DNA of 43,338 bases from Anaerolineae bacterium (GCA_027021705.1 JALUTT010000071.1:1-43338), one strand, 5' to 3'; shown: positions 1-7,279, counted from the stretch's first letter. Notes: generated from the letters alone by a model not told the origin. A program made the numbers and translations.

Positions 1-63
1 ACATTCGATCGGCTCCGGATAGCGCCCCGGTTCTACCTTGGAAATCTTCACCCTCAGACGCAT
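1..63 (-). CDS. 5' end of an unknown gene running off the window (MRLRVKISKVEPGRYPEPIEC...)
   Basis: Reverse-strand ATG at 63 preceded by a strong GGAGGAGG RBS, with a TATAAT-like -10 near 92-97; open to the window edge. Confidence 0.6.
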   Translation of the reverse strand, partial: MRLRVKISKVEPGRYPEPIEC

Positions 64-152
64 AGCTCACCTCCTCCTGCTACTGCCCTCATTATACACC
101 TTTTTCACCAGTTGTGGAACAGTCACCTTGTTCCGTGATTGTTCCTCCCCTC

Positions 153-182
153 TTGACTTAGTGGTAGAAAGTATGCTATAAT
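153..182 (+). promoter_or_regulatory. sigma70-type promoter
   Basis: TTGACT-18 nt-TATAAT with TG extended -10, upstream of the RBS/ATG at 345. Confidence 0.65.
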
Positions 183-344
183 AGGTGCAGGTTTGATACA
201 GAGCACACAAGCATTGGGCACCTGCGGGAGCCATTGAGGGATTGCACTACTACTCATCCCGAGATGGGCTCTGGGGTGCCCAGTATTATTTCGCCGTTAT
301 CTTGCGTCCCTCATCAGAATGCAGCTTGGAAAGGAGGCTGAGTG

Positions 345-943
345 ATGAATAAGAAGGGGTTGCTTCTTGTGGGAATTTTCGCGCTGTTGAGCTTGGCAGG
401 AGCACCCGAAGCCTCGTCGCACACAGGTGGTCTCAAGTAGAAACATTTACTTCGTTCCGCAAAGAAGGAGGGTTAAAAGGTGTAATAGTACGTGTGGGAG
501 ACCACACTACAATCACAGATGCTGCGGGGTACTACAAACTGGAGAGGATTCCTGTTGGTTTCCATCAAATGCAAGTTATCTTTGCCGGCGAAGTGCTTAC
601 TGAGCGCCCTGTGCTTGTTATCGCTGGACGCTTGCGAGATATAAATGTCTACGCTGTACACGATGCAAAGACAAGGCAGTACTCAGTAGAGCCACAAGAT
701 TCTAGCGGGGGGCAAGGAGGAGATGAAGGGAATCCTTGGACTTGTCGGGACTATAACGGCCCCTTCGGATCTCCCTACTGTGTACACGTTCATACACCTC
801 AGAATTTCTTCTTAAGCGATTGCGACCAAGCGTACTTCGCAGCTGGTTGCTGGCGTGATCATACCTCTAACCCATATTGCGATGGTTCAACGCGAAACTG
901 CTCGCCTGTCATTGGTCATTCACATTGGCACCATTGTCATTAG
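345..943 (+). pseudogene. Secreted protein (signal peptide, carboxypeptidase-regulatory-like beta domain, Cys/His-rich C-terminus) split by a frameshift
   Basis: AAGGAGG RBS then ATG345 gives MNKKGLLLVGIFALLSLAGAPEASSHTGGLK* (TAG 438-440). The -1 frame is open 353-943 and reads ...GVIVRVGDHTTITDAAGYYKLERIPVG... ending in a tail with 7 Cys and 8 His. Confidence 0.55.
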
Positions 944-957
944 TTTTGGAGGGTTTG

Positions 958-1305
958 GTGATTGCCCCGTTGCCCTTGCCCTCTGTCTTCTCTGCCTGCT
1001 TGCTCCTGGTCCTCTTGTCCCTAGCTGTTTTCTCAGCTATGGTTGGTGTGCTGACCGATAAGAAGGCCCTGTACTGGGTGGCTATGGCCTTTGGGGTATT
1101 AGTGATCATGATGGGGGTGTGGCAAACCATTGTGTACACGACTTCTGCGAGCATTCTGCTTTTCGTCTTCAGCGCTGCGGTCGTTATCTTGCTTATGGTT
1201 GCTATGTTGCTAAGGAAAAGAGCGTTGTATTGGATTGCCCTGGCCTTTGGGGGGCTAACAATACTATGGATCATATGGGTCGCCATCACGGTGTCCCATA
1301 TGTAG
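958..1305 (+). CDS. Small multi-pass membrane protein with an internal duplication
   Basis: GGAGG RBS then GTG958; about 4 hydrophobic segments; repeated K(K/R)ALYW(V/I)A(M/L)AFG motif. Confidence 0.7.
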   Translation: MIAPLPLPSVFSACLLLVLLSLAVFSAMVGVLTDKKALYWVAMAFGVLVIMMGVWQTIVYTTSASILLFVFSAAVVILLMVAMLLRKRALYWIALAFGGLTILWIIWVAITVSHM

Positions 1306-1400
1306 TTGCTTTGCGCCAGGTGCCTCAGAGCAAACCGCTCTCTGAACAAGCGAACCGACAACCTTTGACGACAAGACGGACACAAAGGGCACAAAGGGGA

Positions 1401-1945
1401 ATCCGTTCAATCCGCTCCCCCAATCCGCTGACAGCCGTCCGCTTCGGAACGGATGGCTGTCAACGGATTTGAGAACGGATTGAGCGGATGGGAGGCACAG
1501 TCCTCGGTCCTCAGTCCTCGGTCCTCAGTCCGCCGCTAAGCCGCCAGCCGCTATGCCGCTAGGCCGCTAAGCCGCCCTGGAACGGATCGCTGTCAACGGA
1601 TTTGAGAACGGATTGAGCGGATGGAAGACGATGGCTCCGCAAGCGCTTCGGCGATTCAGAGGCTCTCTGCGTCTCTGCGTCTCCGCGCCTCCGCGTTTCT
1701 AGCGTCTGGGAGCGCTCCTATCCATTCAATCCGCTCCCCCAATCCGTTGACAGCCGTCCGCAGGCTCAGTGTCTTCACCCCCCTCAGCGCTTCAGTGATT
1801 CCGGGGGCTTCTGAACCGAGCGTGACCGGAGGCTGCTGAATCGCCGAGAGCACCGAGGGCTCAGGGGCTCCGAAGGCGGAGAGAGCCGGCCGACTACGGA
1901 CTACGGACCGTGGACCGTGGACCGTGGACTGTGGACTATGGACCG
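1401..1945. repeat. Intergenic REP-like palindromes and short tandem repeats
   Basis: Imperfect hairpin 1401-1490 whose arms recur at ~1583-1624 and ~1725-1761; TCCTC(A/G)G, CCGCTAAG-like and GGACCGT tandem runs. Confidence 0.75.
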
Positions 1946-2024
1946 CGGACCCCTTGCCAGATACCCGACCCGGTGTTATACTTGGCCCGCTCATTCCCCC
2001 ACACCTTCCCGGCAAGGAGGTCCT

Positions 2025-2519
2025 ATGGAGGCAGCACGGACGGTACGCGGTCACTACTTCGAGGAGTTCGAGATCGGAGACCGGGTGGTCAGCCCGGGCC
2101 GAACGGTGACGGAAACGGACGTGGTCCTCTTCGCCGGCCTCTCCGGCGACTACAACCAACTCCACACCGACGCCGAGTTCGCCCGCAACACCCCCTTCGG
2201 TGAACGCATCGCCCACGGCGTGCTGGGCCTGGCCATCGCCACCGGCCTCGTCGCCCGCCTCGGCGTGATCGAAGGCACCGCCGAAGCCTTCACCGGCCTG
2301 GATTGGAAGTTCCGAGCCCCCATCAAGATCGGCGACACCATCCACGTCGTCGCCGAGGTCACCCGCAAGAAGGAGATGAAGCGGCTGGGCGGCGGCTTCA
2401 TCACCCTCAGCGTCCAGGTGATCAACCAGCGGGACGAGGTCGTCCAAAAGGGGAGCTGGACCGCCCTCATCCGCAGCCGCCCCCAGGAAGAGCCGGAAGA
2501 GGACGAGGCGACCCCTTGA
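2025..2519 (+). CDS. MaoC-family (hotdog-fold) dehydratase
   Basis: AAGGAGG RBS; motifs YFEEF, RTVTETDVVLFAGLSGDYNQLH, RIAHG, PIKIGDTI. Confidence 0.9.
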   Translation: MEAARTVRGHYFEEFEIGDRVVSPGRTVTETDVVLFAGLSGDYNQLHTDAEFARNTPFGERIAHGVLGLAIATGLVARLGVIEGTAEAFTGLDWKFRAPIKIGDTIHVVAEVTRKKEMKRLGGGFITLSVQVINQRDEVVQKGSWTALIRSRPQEEPEEDEATP

Positions 2520-3532
2520 CGACGGAGCCCCGCTGCCGGCCCATCGCCCCCCACCTCTACCAGATCGTCCTGCCCACCCCTTTCCCGGTGGGGCCGGTCA
2601 ACGTCTACCTCGCCACCGGCGAACCGCTGACGCTGGTGGACACAGGGCCGCGCACGGCGGAGACCCGGGCCGTCCTGGAGACGGCCCTGGCCGGGCTGGG
2701 CTACACCCTCGCCGACATCCGGCGCATCATCGTCACCCACGCCCACGCCGACCACTACGGGCTGGCGGCGACCATCGTCCGGGAGGGGGGAGCCGAGGTC
2801 TGGACCCATCCCCGCAACCGGCCCGTGCTGGCCGACTACCGGGCCGAGCGACAGCGCCGGCTCGCCTTCTACGATGCGGTGCTGACCCAGGCCGGCGTTC
2901 CCCCCCGGCTCCGCCAGGCCATCCGCCGGAGCTCCCATCGGATGGCTCCCTTCGCCCAGGCCGTGCCGGTGGCCCGGACGCTGGAGGAGGGGGACGAGGT
3001 CGTGCTGGCCGGCCGCCCCTGGCGCGTCCTCTTCACGCCCGGCCACGCCGGCGGGCTCATCTGCCTCTACGAGCCCGAGCAGGCCCTCCTCCTCTCCAAC
3101 GACCACCTGCTCCTGAAGATCAGCTCCAACCCGCTGGTGGAGCCCCCACCGCCCGGGGGTGGGGAACGGCGGCGGGCGCTGGTGGAGTACATCGCTTCCC
3201 TGGAGCGGACGGCCTCGCTGGAGGTCGAGGTCGCCTGGCCCGGCCACGGCGACCCCATCACCGATCACCGGGCCCTGATCCGGCAGCGGCTGGCCTTCCA
3301 CGAGCAGCGGGCCGGCCGGTTGCGAACGGTCCTCGACGCCGAGGGCCGGACCGTCTACCAGATCGTCCAGGCCCTCTTCCCCCGGCTCGACCCTCTCAAC
3401 ACGCTCCTGGCCGTCTCCGAGGTGATCGGCCACCTGGAATGGCTGGAGGTCCGGGGGGAGGTGCGCCGGTGGCGCGAGGGCGAGGCAGTCCGCTGGGGGG
3501 CCGTCCACGCCCCTCCGACCGCGCCGGCCTGA
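2516..3532 (+). CDS. MBL-fold metallo-hydrolase with winged-helix-like C-terminus
   Basis: THAHADH, TPGH, NDH and PGHG motifs; TTG start overlaps the upstream stop. Confidence 0.88.
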   Translation: MTTEPRCRPIAPHLYQIVLPTPFPVGPVNVYLATGEPLTLVDTGPRTAETRAVLETALAGLGYTLADIRRIIVTHAHADHYGLAATIVREGGAEVWTHPRNRPVLADYRAERQRRLAFYDAVLTQAGVPPRLRQAIRRSSHRMAPFAQAVPVARTLEEGDEVVLAGRPWRVLFTPGHAGGLICLYEPEQALLLSNDHLLLKISSNPLVEPPPPGGGERRRALVEYIASLERTASLEVEVAWPGHGDPITDHRALIRQRLAFHEQRAGRLRTVLDAEGRTVYQIVQALFPRLDPLNTLLAVSEVIGHLEWLEVRGEVRRWREGEAVRWGAVHAPPTAPA

Positions 3533-3617
3533 CAACGGCGGCCGTCCTCGGTGAAGCCCAGCCCCGCCCGTTTGACGGCGGAGCATCGGCACTTCAGGCT
3601 GGTGCTGGGCGATCTCT

Positions 3618-3646
3618 TTGACAAATTCCCCCATTTCGTTTATAAT
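3618..3646 (+). promoter_or_regulatory. Perfect consensus sigma70 promoter of the leader/tRNA/HNH unit
   Basis: TTGACA (3618-3623), 17 nt, TATAAT (3641-3646). Confidence 0.85.
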
Positions 3647-3696
3647 TTTGGTATGATTCTATCCGATGCCCATCCTTCCTATCCAGCGGCGAAAAG

Positions 3697-4023
3697 ATGA
3701 CAGGACCGTCTTTTGTTGGGACGAAACGGATGATGTTGCCCAGGGACCTGGATGCCCTCCTGGACCGCCTCGTCGGTGGGCAGGAGTTTGGCCTCCACGG
3801 CCCTATGCCGGGAGCCGTCCGGCGGGTGTCCGTGGTCGGGAGAGAGCATCCCGCCACCATCCACCCCGCAGGGCGCTCGTGGAACGCCTATGGCCCCTGG
3901 TCTGGCACGGGCAGCGAAGTGCCCGCCGTTCCGATCCTGACGTGGCTGGACTGGTTCTTTACCAACGGTTGTCCCTTACTGCTGCGTGATCCCCGCTCCT
4001 CTCCTCCATCGGGAGGAGGGTGA
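3697..4023 (+). CDS. Putative regulatory leader ORF (start may be 3697, 3730 or 3805)
   Basis: Lies between the promoter and the terminator; ends ...TWLDWFFTNGCPLLLRDPRSSPPSGGG*; its 3' end overlaps the antiterminator strand; no recognisable protein family. Confidence 0.5.
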   Translation: MTGPSFVGTKRMMLPRDLDALLDRLVGGQEFGLHGPMPGAVRRVSVVGREHPATIHPAGRSWNAYGPWSGTGSEVPAVPILTWLDWFFTNGCPLLLRDPRSSPPSGGG

Positions 4024-4061
4024 TGTTGCACCCGACGGAAGCACAAGCGCGGGGATGACGC
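3984..4061 (+). promoter_or_regulatory. Putative antiterminator helix
   Basis: GCGTGATCCCCGC (3984-3996) pairs 12/13 with GCGGGGATGACGC (4049-4061), which is the 5' arm and loop of the terminator. Confidence 0.65.
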
Positions 4062-4078
4062 CCCGCGCTTTTTCGTTT
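4045..4078 (+). terminator. Intrinsic terminator/attenuator upstream of the tRNA cluster
   Basis: AAGCGCGGGG-ATGACG-CCCCGCGCTT perfect 10-bp stem followed by TTTCGTTT. Confidence 0.8.
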
Positions 4079-4085
4079 CCGCATC

Positions 4086-4156
4086 GGAACCCCGGCTGCC
4101 AGGAGCGCCTCCCCTGGGCCGGGAGGAGGTGGGTTCGACCCCCACGGGTTCCGCCA
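4086..4156 (+). ncRNA. tRNA-like RNA (pseudo-tRNA, GGG at the anticodon position, reduced D-arm, encoded CCA)
   Basis: Acceptor GGAACCC/GGGTTCC plus GCCA; T-arm GTGGG-TTCGACC-CCCAC; anticodon arm CCTCCC-CTGGGCC-GGGAGG; D-arm only GCT/AGC. Confidence 0.65.
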
Positions 4157-4218
4157 GGGTGTTGGCTCAACACCTCCCTCGTCCGGTCAGGTCCCGTGCC
4201 TGCCGGACGAGGGACCGC

Positions 4219-4292
4219 GCGAGCGTAGCTCAATAGGGAAGAGCACCGGTCTCCAAAACCGGCGGTTGCAGGTTCGAGTCCTGCCGCTCGTG
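4219..4292 (+). tRNA. tRNA-Trp (CCA)
   Basis: Acceptor GCGAGCG/CGCTCGT, D-stem GCTC/GAGC, anticodon arm CCGGT-CTCCAAA-ACCGG, T-arm GCAGG-TTCGAGT-CCTGC, discriminator G; CCA not encoded. Confidence 0.92.
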
Positions 4293-4368
4293 CCTACGAC
4301 GGCCCCGCTGCCAGGAAGCCCGAAGGGCAATGGGGCCGGTCGTTCGAGAAGCATAGGGGAAAAGCCCT

Positions 4369-4441
4369 GCCGAGGTAGCTCAGGTGGTAGAGCGTCTGAC
4401 TGAAAATCAGAAGGTCCCCGGTTCAAGTCCGGGCCTCGGCA
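4369..4441 (+). tRNA. tRNA-Phe (GAA)
   Basis: Acceptor GCCGAGG/CCTCGGC, D-arm GCTCAGGTGGTAGAGC, anticodon arm TCTGA-CTGAAAA-TCAGA, T-arm CCCGG-TTCAAGT-CCGGG, discriminator A. Confidence 0.95.
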
Positions 4442-4444
4442 CCT

Positions 4445-4532
4445 GGGCCAGAGGGTTTCGGGGACTGTGATCCGCTGAGATGCGGACCGCTTTCCCCATC
4501 GGTGCCCTGCCGGTTCGAGTCCGGCGGCCCCC
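4445..4532 (+). ncRNA. Second tRNA-like structured element (intact T-arm, non-canonical remainder)
   Basis: GCCGG-TTCGAGT-CCGGC T-arm followed by GGCCC that can pair with GGGCC at 4445; internal hairpin TCCGC-TGAGAT-GCGGA. Confidence 0.45.
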
Positions 4533-4651
4533 GCGCCCGGTAGGGAGCGTCTCTGCGCGAGCGCACCGGGCCTGACCCCCGCGACGGCGGGTGGGCCGGT
4601 CAGGCGGTGACCAGGGCACCCGAACCCTCGGCCAGCTTGTGGAGGTGCGCG

Positions 4652-5173
4652 ATGGTATCCGTGTTGCTCCTGAACGCCAGCTTCGAGCCACTGGCCGTGA
4701 TCTCCACCCGGCGCGCCGTCTCCCTCGTCCTGCGAGGACGGGTGGAGGGGGTGAGCGGTGAGGTGGTGACGGTTCAAGGGGCCTCCCAGGCCCTCACCAT
4801 CCCCACCGTGATCCGGCTGCGTCGCTACGTCAACGTCCCCCGACGCGGTGCCCGGTGGAGCCGGCGGGGCGTGCTCCGGCGCGACGGCTACCGCTGCGTC
4901 TACTGCGGCGCTCAGGCGGGCGATCTGCAGGGAGGCCGGGTGCTGACCCGGGGGGACTTCACCGTGGACCACATCGTCCCCCGCAGTCGGGGGGGCAAGA
5001 GCACCTGGAGCAACACGGCCTGTGCCTGTCGCGCCTGCAACCAGCGGAAGCGGGACCGCACGCCTCGGGAGGCCGGGATGAAGCTCCTCTGGGAGCCCAA
5101 GACCCCCCGCGCCAGCTACCTGGTGGTCTCCGGCGAGGTCCCGGCTTCCTGGAAGGTCTACCTGCGCCTGTAG
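4652..5173 (+). CDS. HNH endonuclease (McrA-like/HNH_5-type, Zn-finger)
   Basis: GGAGG RBS; N-terminal VLLLNASFEPLAVI; RDGYRCVYCG...TVDHIVPRSRGG...WSNTACACRACNQRK. Confidence 0.92.
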   Translation: MVSVLLLNASFEPLAVISTRRAVSLVLRGRVEGVSGEVVTVQGASQALTIPTVIRLRRYVNVPRRGARWSRRGVLRRDGYRCVYCGAQAGDLQGGRVLTRGDFTVDHIVPRSRGGKSTWSNTACACRACNQRKRDRTPREAGMKLLWEPKTPRASYLVVSGEVPASWKVYLRL

Positions 5174-5186
5174 GGCGCAGAACCGG

Positions 5187-5215
5187 CTGGGGGCAGGTCT
5201 CGGACCTGCCCCCAG
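5187..5215. terminator. Palindrome/REP-like hairpin between convergent genes
   Basis: CTGGGGGCAGGTC-TCG-GACCTGCCCCCAG perfect 13-bp stem. Confidence 0.65.
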
Positions 5216-5263
5216 GGGATGATCGGCGACGGTGCAGGGGCCTGGCATCCGCCAGACCCCCCG

Positions 5264-6040
5264 TTATGCCTGCCTCTCCAGCGCTTCGACGATGGCCTTC
5301 GCCTCCTCCACGAGCCGAGGAGCCGCCTCGTAGATGGCCTTGCCCTCCATATCGGCGGCGATGGCCTCGGGGCTGTGGGAGAGGAAGCCCAGGACCGGGA
5401 GGTCGCCGGCCCAGCGGGTGATGAAGGCCCGGTCCTCCTCCCCCCGCACCTTGTTCCCCACGACGAAGACCCGGCGCACACCGATGTCGGCGGCCAGACG
5501 GGCGATCTGGCGGGCCGTCTCCAGGCTGCGTCGGCCCGGCTCCACGACGACGAGGAACCCATCCACGGCGCTGGCCGTCGCCCGTCCCAGGTGCTCCAGC
5601 CCCGCTTCCATATCCAGGATCAGGACCTCGTCCCGGTAGAGGATGAGGTGGGTGACCAGGGCCTTGAGCAGCGCGTTCTCCGGGCAGAGGCAGCCGCTTC
5701 CACCGGCTTCGATGACGCCCAGTTGCATGAGCCGGATGCCCCGGTACTCGACGCTGAAACGGTCGGGGAGGTCGTCCACGCGGGGGTTCAGCTTGAAGAA
5801 GCCCCCGTAGGTGCCCGGCTTGGCCCCCGTCCGCTCGTAGATGAGCGCCTCCATCTCGCTGATGGGCTCCAGCCGGTCCAGGAGCTCCTGGGGGAGCCCC
5901 AGGGCGTACCCCAGACAGGCCGCCGGGTCGGCGTCCACGGCGATCACAGGACGGCTCTGCTGGGCGTAGATGTGGGCCAGCAGCGCTGCCAGCGTCGTCT
6001 TGCCCACGCCCCCCTTGCCTGCCACGGCGATCTTCGTCAT
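5264..6040 (-). CDS. cooC: CooC/AcsF-like nickel-insertion ATPase (MinD/ParA family)
   Basis: KIAVAGKGGVGKTT P-loop, DADP, GSGCLCP metal motif, LDMEAGLEHLGR; start at 6040 overlaps the ADH stop. Confidence 0.88.
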   Translation of the reverse strand: MTKIAVAGKGGVGKTTLAALLAHIYAQQSRPVIAVDADPAACLGYALGLPQELLDRLEPISEMEALIYERTGAKPGTYGGFFKLNPRVDDLPDRFSVEYRGIRLMQLGVIEAGGSGCLCPENALLKALVTHLILYRDEVLILDMEAGLEHLGRATASAVDGFLVVVEPGRRSLETARQIARLAADIGVRRVFVVGNKVRGEEDRAFITRWAGDLPVLGFLSHSPEAIAADMEGKAIYEAAPRLVEEAKAIVEALERQA

Positions 6041-7023
6041 CTTGTCTCCTCCTCGGTCTCGGTTCCTTCCACCTCGATGAGCACCTTCAAGGTCCCCTTT
6101 GTGGCCGCCCACTCGAAGGCCGCCCTGCCCTCCGTCAGCGGATAGCGGGCCTGGATGAGGGGGGCCACGTCCACCAGCCGCTGCCGGAGCAGGCGCAGCG
6201 CCGGCGCGAAAGGCCCGCACCGGCTCCCCTGCAGCGTCACCTCGTCCACCACCACCATCGTCATGTTCGTCTCCAGGAGGCCGTGGTAGGTGCTCTTGAG
6301 GACGAGGCGGCCCCGAGGGCGAACCAGTTTCCGGGCCGTCTGGAAGCCGCCGGGATGGCCGGTCACCTCGACGACCACGTCGGCTTGGCCGAAGGGGCCC
6401 TCACCCTCCAGGGCGACGGGGATGCCCCGCCGGGCGAGGAGGTCCAGCTTCTCCTGATGGCGCCCGATGACCAGCAGGTCGCAGCCGGTCAGGGCCAGCA
6501 CCTGGGCGCAGAGCAGCCCCAGCTTGCCGTCGCCGATGACGATGACGCGGTCGGTGGGCCGGATGTGGGCCTGATCGGTGATCTCCAGGGCTGCCGCCAG
6601 GGGCTCGACGAAGACCGCTTCGTCGTCGGAAACCTCGTCGGGGACGGCGTGGAGGTTGACGATGGGCAGGGTCAGGTAGTCGGCGAAAGCCCCATCGCGG
6701 CCGGCGATGCCCAGCGTCGTCCGGTTAGGGCAGTGGGTCGGGCGGCCAGCCCGGCAGGTCTCGCAGGTCCCGCAGGCCGCGTTGATCTCCCCCACTACCC
6801 GCCGTCCCACCCAGGCCGGGTCGTCGTCGCAGCGGACGACTCGCCCGACGAACTCGTGGCCCGGCACCCCCCGGAAGTCCAGGTAGCCCCGGAGCAGTTC
6901 CAGGTCGGTGTTGCAGATGCCGGCCTTCAGCACCCGGACCAACGCCTCCCCCGGCGGGGGCTCCGGCGTGGGATAATCGGTGCGCAGGTGGATCTGACCG
7001 CCTTCCAGGTACAGGGCACGCAT
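6037..7023 (-). CDS. Zinc-dependent alcohol dehydrogenase (MDR family)
   Basis: GICNTD, GHEFVG, CGTCETC...C structural Zn site, GDGKLG. Confidence 0.92.
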   Translation of the reverse strand: MRALYLEGGQIHLRTDYPTPEPPPGEALVRVLKAGICNTDLELLRGYLDFRGVPGHEFVGRVVRCDDDPAWVGRRVVGEINAACGTCETCRAGRPTHCPNRTTLGIAGRDGAFADYLTLPIVNLHAVPDEVSDDEAVFVEPLAAALEITDQAHIRPTDRVIVIGDGKLGLLCAQVLALTGCDLLVIGRHQEKLDLLARRGIPVALEGEGPFGQADVVVEVTGHPGGFQTARKLVRPRGRLVLKSTYHGLLETNMTMVVVDEVTLQGSRCGPFAPALRLLRQRLVDVAPLIQARYPLTEGRAAFEWAATKGTLKVLIEVEGTETEEETR

Positions 7024-7039
7024 ACTCTCCTCCTATTGC

Positions 7040-7279
7040 AGACCGCAGACGGCCGACCGCGGACCGCCGACCACCGGACCAAGCGACAAGGGGCAAGGGG
7101 CAAGGGACAAGGACCAAGTGACCACTCGACCACCCGACCACCTGACCAGGCGACCAAGCGACCAAGCGACCAAGCGACCAAGCCACAAGGGGCAAGGGGC
7201 AAGGACCAAGTGACCATCCGACCAGGCGACCAAGCGACCACTCGACCACGACTGAGGACTGAGGACCGAGGACTAAGGA
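7040..7279. repeat. Patchwork of 7-8-nt tandem repeats
   Basis: Runs of GACCAAGC, CAAGGGG and GAGGAC(T/C), with a duplicated ~30-40-nt block. Confidence 0.8.

Noticed and set aside
220..230. ACCTGCGGGAG as another copy of the dispersed element
   Set aside because: Only 11 of 14 nt match, with no partner IR or conserved flanks
2150..3634. Long antisense or alternative-frame ORFs (e.g. 2150-3634, 24277-25629, 28310-29824, 36039-37319)
   Set aside because: Shadow ORFs of high-GC genes lying opposite well-supported CDSs, with no recognisable motifs
3650..4080. T-box riboswitch as the explanation of the leader
   Set aside because: No T-box consensus (GGTGGNACCGCG) before the terminator and no recognisable stem I; the alternative helix lies inside an ORF instead
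4219..5215. Prophage or integrative element inserted at tRNA-Trp/Phe
   Set aside because: No integrase and no duplicated tRNA 3' end found; the T-arm element at 4445-4532 does not match either tRNA's 3' sequence exactly
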